Shown here: positions 62,301 through 64,000 of the stretch, piece after piece | How the letters are laid out: every line of letters begins with the position of its first letter | How positions within the stretch are numbered: position 1 is the first letter of the stretch | Assembly (NCBI GenBank): GCA_000182565.2 | Contig: KQ257453.1 | Source of the DNA: Spizellomyces punctatus DAOM BR117 | Taxonomy: Eukaryota | Direction: 5' to 3' (one strand) | DNA: 64,000 nt | The notes under the pieces: model-generated | Told to the model about the DNA's origin: nothing | Database searches by the model: none | The model's input: only the letters and a program-made list of their open reading frames with translations | Made by a program: the position numbers and the translations under genes

Positions 62301-62928
62301 GAGGGAGAAGATTGCTGCATCTGAATCGGACACATATCTTGCAACCTGTACATCCAGTAAGTACTTTGCCCTGTGCTGAAATATACTTTCCAATAACATA
62401 CCTCCTTTCCCCGCTCCGCCACGGATATGTGTGATCCCGTAGCCGCAAATACTCGATCTTTGAAAACGGCCACAGCCGAGACGGGCTCCGCGCTTTGAGG
62501 ACCTTCAAGTACAATGAGTTGAGCATAAACAGCGCACTCCCTCATGAGTCACATAGCTCACACCCATATCCACCCATACCAGTAAATAGTAGACTCAGCT
62601 TCTCGCCCTAAAAAACAGTCTGCTCAGCACCAGTGATAGTTACGAAATGCATCCGTAGATCCCTTACATCATAGATATGAAATGCATTCCCCACAGAAGT
62701 GGTAATAGCATGCGCTTGTCCCCGAACCTGCACGCATATAGGTACGTCCGCTGTCACGTATCCTATCGCTCGAAAAGGCTGGAAGATTTTTGAACCTGCC
62801 AAGTTGGGAAATGTCAGGTTGCCTTCGATGACCATTAGAGAGCAATGAGGGGGTGAGTACATACGCCTGGTACGAGCTGTTGTTCTGTCCTTGCTGTCAA
62901 ACGTATTGGGGAAGGTAGCAGCGACCAT
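59306..62928 (-). CDS. UTP21: U3 snoRNP-associated WD40 protein Utp21/WDR36
   Basis: SKIFQPFRAIGYV, HPSTYLNKIL, GADNAIK|QWIFD, RSRGGHHEPP, SACGNFG, RYNLQSG, FSPTGDFLATAH, LSGLPKIRWQNLL, APFFLPS, RDFEAV. Many introns. Confidence 0.95.
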
Positions 62929-63455
62929 TGTTGTGACAAAGACAACAAGCACAGGTGGTTATAGCGCAAAGGTAATCGCTGCCCGATCATTTACGCTTAC
63001 GCGATAACCAAAAAAAAGGTGAATTTCATAAATTTCAAATATAGTGACATTCATTGCACAGCCACCAGATCTACATAACCCAAGGTGTTCAACCCGAATA
63101 TGCCATTTCTCGTCCACAGCACAGTTGCGATGTGCTGCCAGCGTCATGCGTACGGAAAGGACGCAAGCAAGCACTGTTCTTCATGAGCTATTTTGTTTCC
63201 TGAGGAAACTGCACGGACCATTCGCGGGATATCCCTGGTTTAAACTCGTAAAAGCGATGGTGTAGAGCTGGTCATTATGACAATTATACATGCTGACACT
63301 GCTGATACCTATGCCCATTGTAGAGCGCCAAGTGCTACTGAAAGACCGTAATCTGTTACATATTACACTTCGAACTGCGGTACTACTAGAAATCCATTCA
63401 TCCCAAAGAACTAAAGGAATCCTAATCTATCTTGCTATATATGCATTCAGCCGCG

Positions 63456-63779
63456 TCACGTCAGTTGTAGAACAGCGATAGAAAGGAAGCTAGATATCTT
63501 GTCCTCCCATATGTTGACGATCGAGGGGGAAGGCTCGTAATATTGACCAAAATGATGTTGATGACTTGGGGACGCGCCAATCGAGAACATAGTTGGGATG
63601 AAGATCCAATGATGACCCGGAAAATCACCAGTTGTGCAACGAACATGGTTTACTTTGTTCCCCCTTGGGTCCCGCCAGACTGGGAGCTTACTCCAGTTGA
63701 GCGTGCTTGAACGATCAGGTAATGCTCGAGGAGCGGACGACTGTCCGCCAAACAGGGCATTAGAACTCTTATCAAGCAC
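63456..63779 (-). CDS. Hypothetical ORF, possibly the 3' part of a gene extending past the window
   Basis: 107-codon open frame with no recognisable motif. Confidence 0.2.
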   Translation of the reverse strand: MLDKSSNALFGGQSSAPRALPDRSSTLNWSKLPVWRDPRGNKVNHVRCTTGDFPGHHWIFIPTMFSIGASPSHQHHFGQYYEPSPSIVNIWEDKISSFLSIAVLQLT

Positions 63780-64000
63780 CAGAACGCAATCATACCAGAC
63801 CTACCTAACGTTGGTATAAGAGTATACTTGACCATCTGACATACGCATTTTCAGCTAGGCATTAACATGTCAAAAGTCTCTGCGTCAACGTACCAGGCAT
63901 CTTGACTTTAACAACTAGGTCTGGAGAAAGTCGTCATTGTAAGAGCAGCTACAAATACTTAACGGAAGAATGTAACGATGATACCCACTTTGATTGGTGG

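Noticed and set aside
1-64000. tRNA, rRNA, CRISPR arrays or prokaryotic operons
   Set aside because: None seen by eye; the window is spliceosomal-intron-rich eukaryotic DNA. Small ncRNAs cannot be excluded without covariance-model searches.

Overview
Eukaryotic, intron-rich genomic DNA (short, mostly 55-90 nt GT-AG introns) from a flagellated fungus. Ciliary genes (IFT122, LRRC56) occur together with a velvet regulator and a Pcl-type cyclin, which points to a chytrid; a Spizellomycetales-like origin is my inference. About 23 spliced or intronless genes can be reconstructed: promethin-like, TAD3, MOG1, IFT122, RAD54, GST, thaumatin-like, a 4-TM protein, TMEM184, UBFD1, DUF4336-like, D-amino-acid oxidase, NudE-like, two glutathione peroxidases, an SH3 protein, an SVBP-like protein, a cyclin, LRRC56, peroxisomal thiolase, velvet, F-BAR-PH, an 8-RRM protein and UTP21. 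There are also two recognisable pseudogenes (Moco sulfurase C-terminus; Crinkler-type NTPase-REase), a TIR-bounded MITE upstream of RAD54, and a gene-poor stretch of frameshifted remnants. Most notable: a C-terminal SVBP-like (vasohibin partner) helix in an unannotated spliced gene, a DUF4336 fold interrupted by a Stc1-like C4 zinc finger, a 4-nt microexon in DAO, a tandem array of HxRxxS kinase sites in an F-BAR-PH protein, and an apparent +1 frameshift in the velvet domain. All family calls come from motif recognition by eye, with no database searches. No tRNA, rRNA or CRISPR array was seen.
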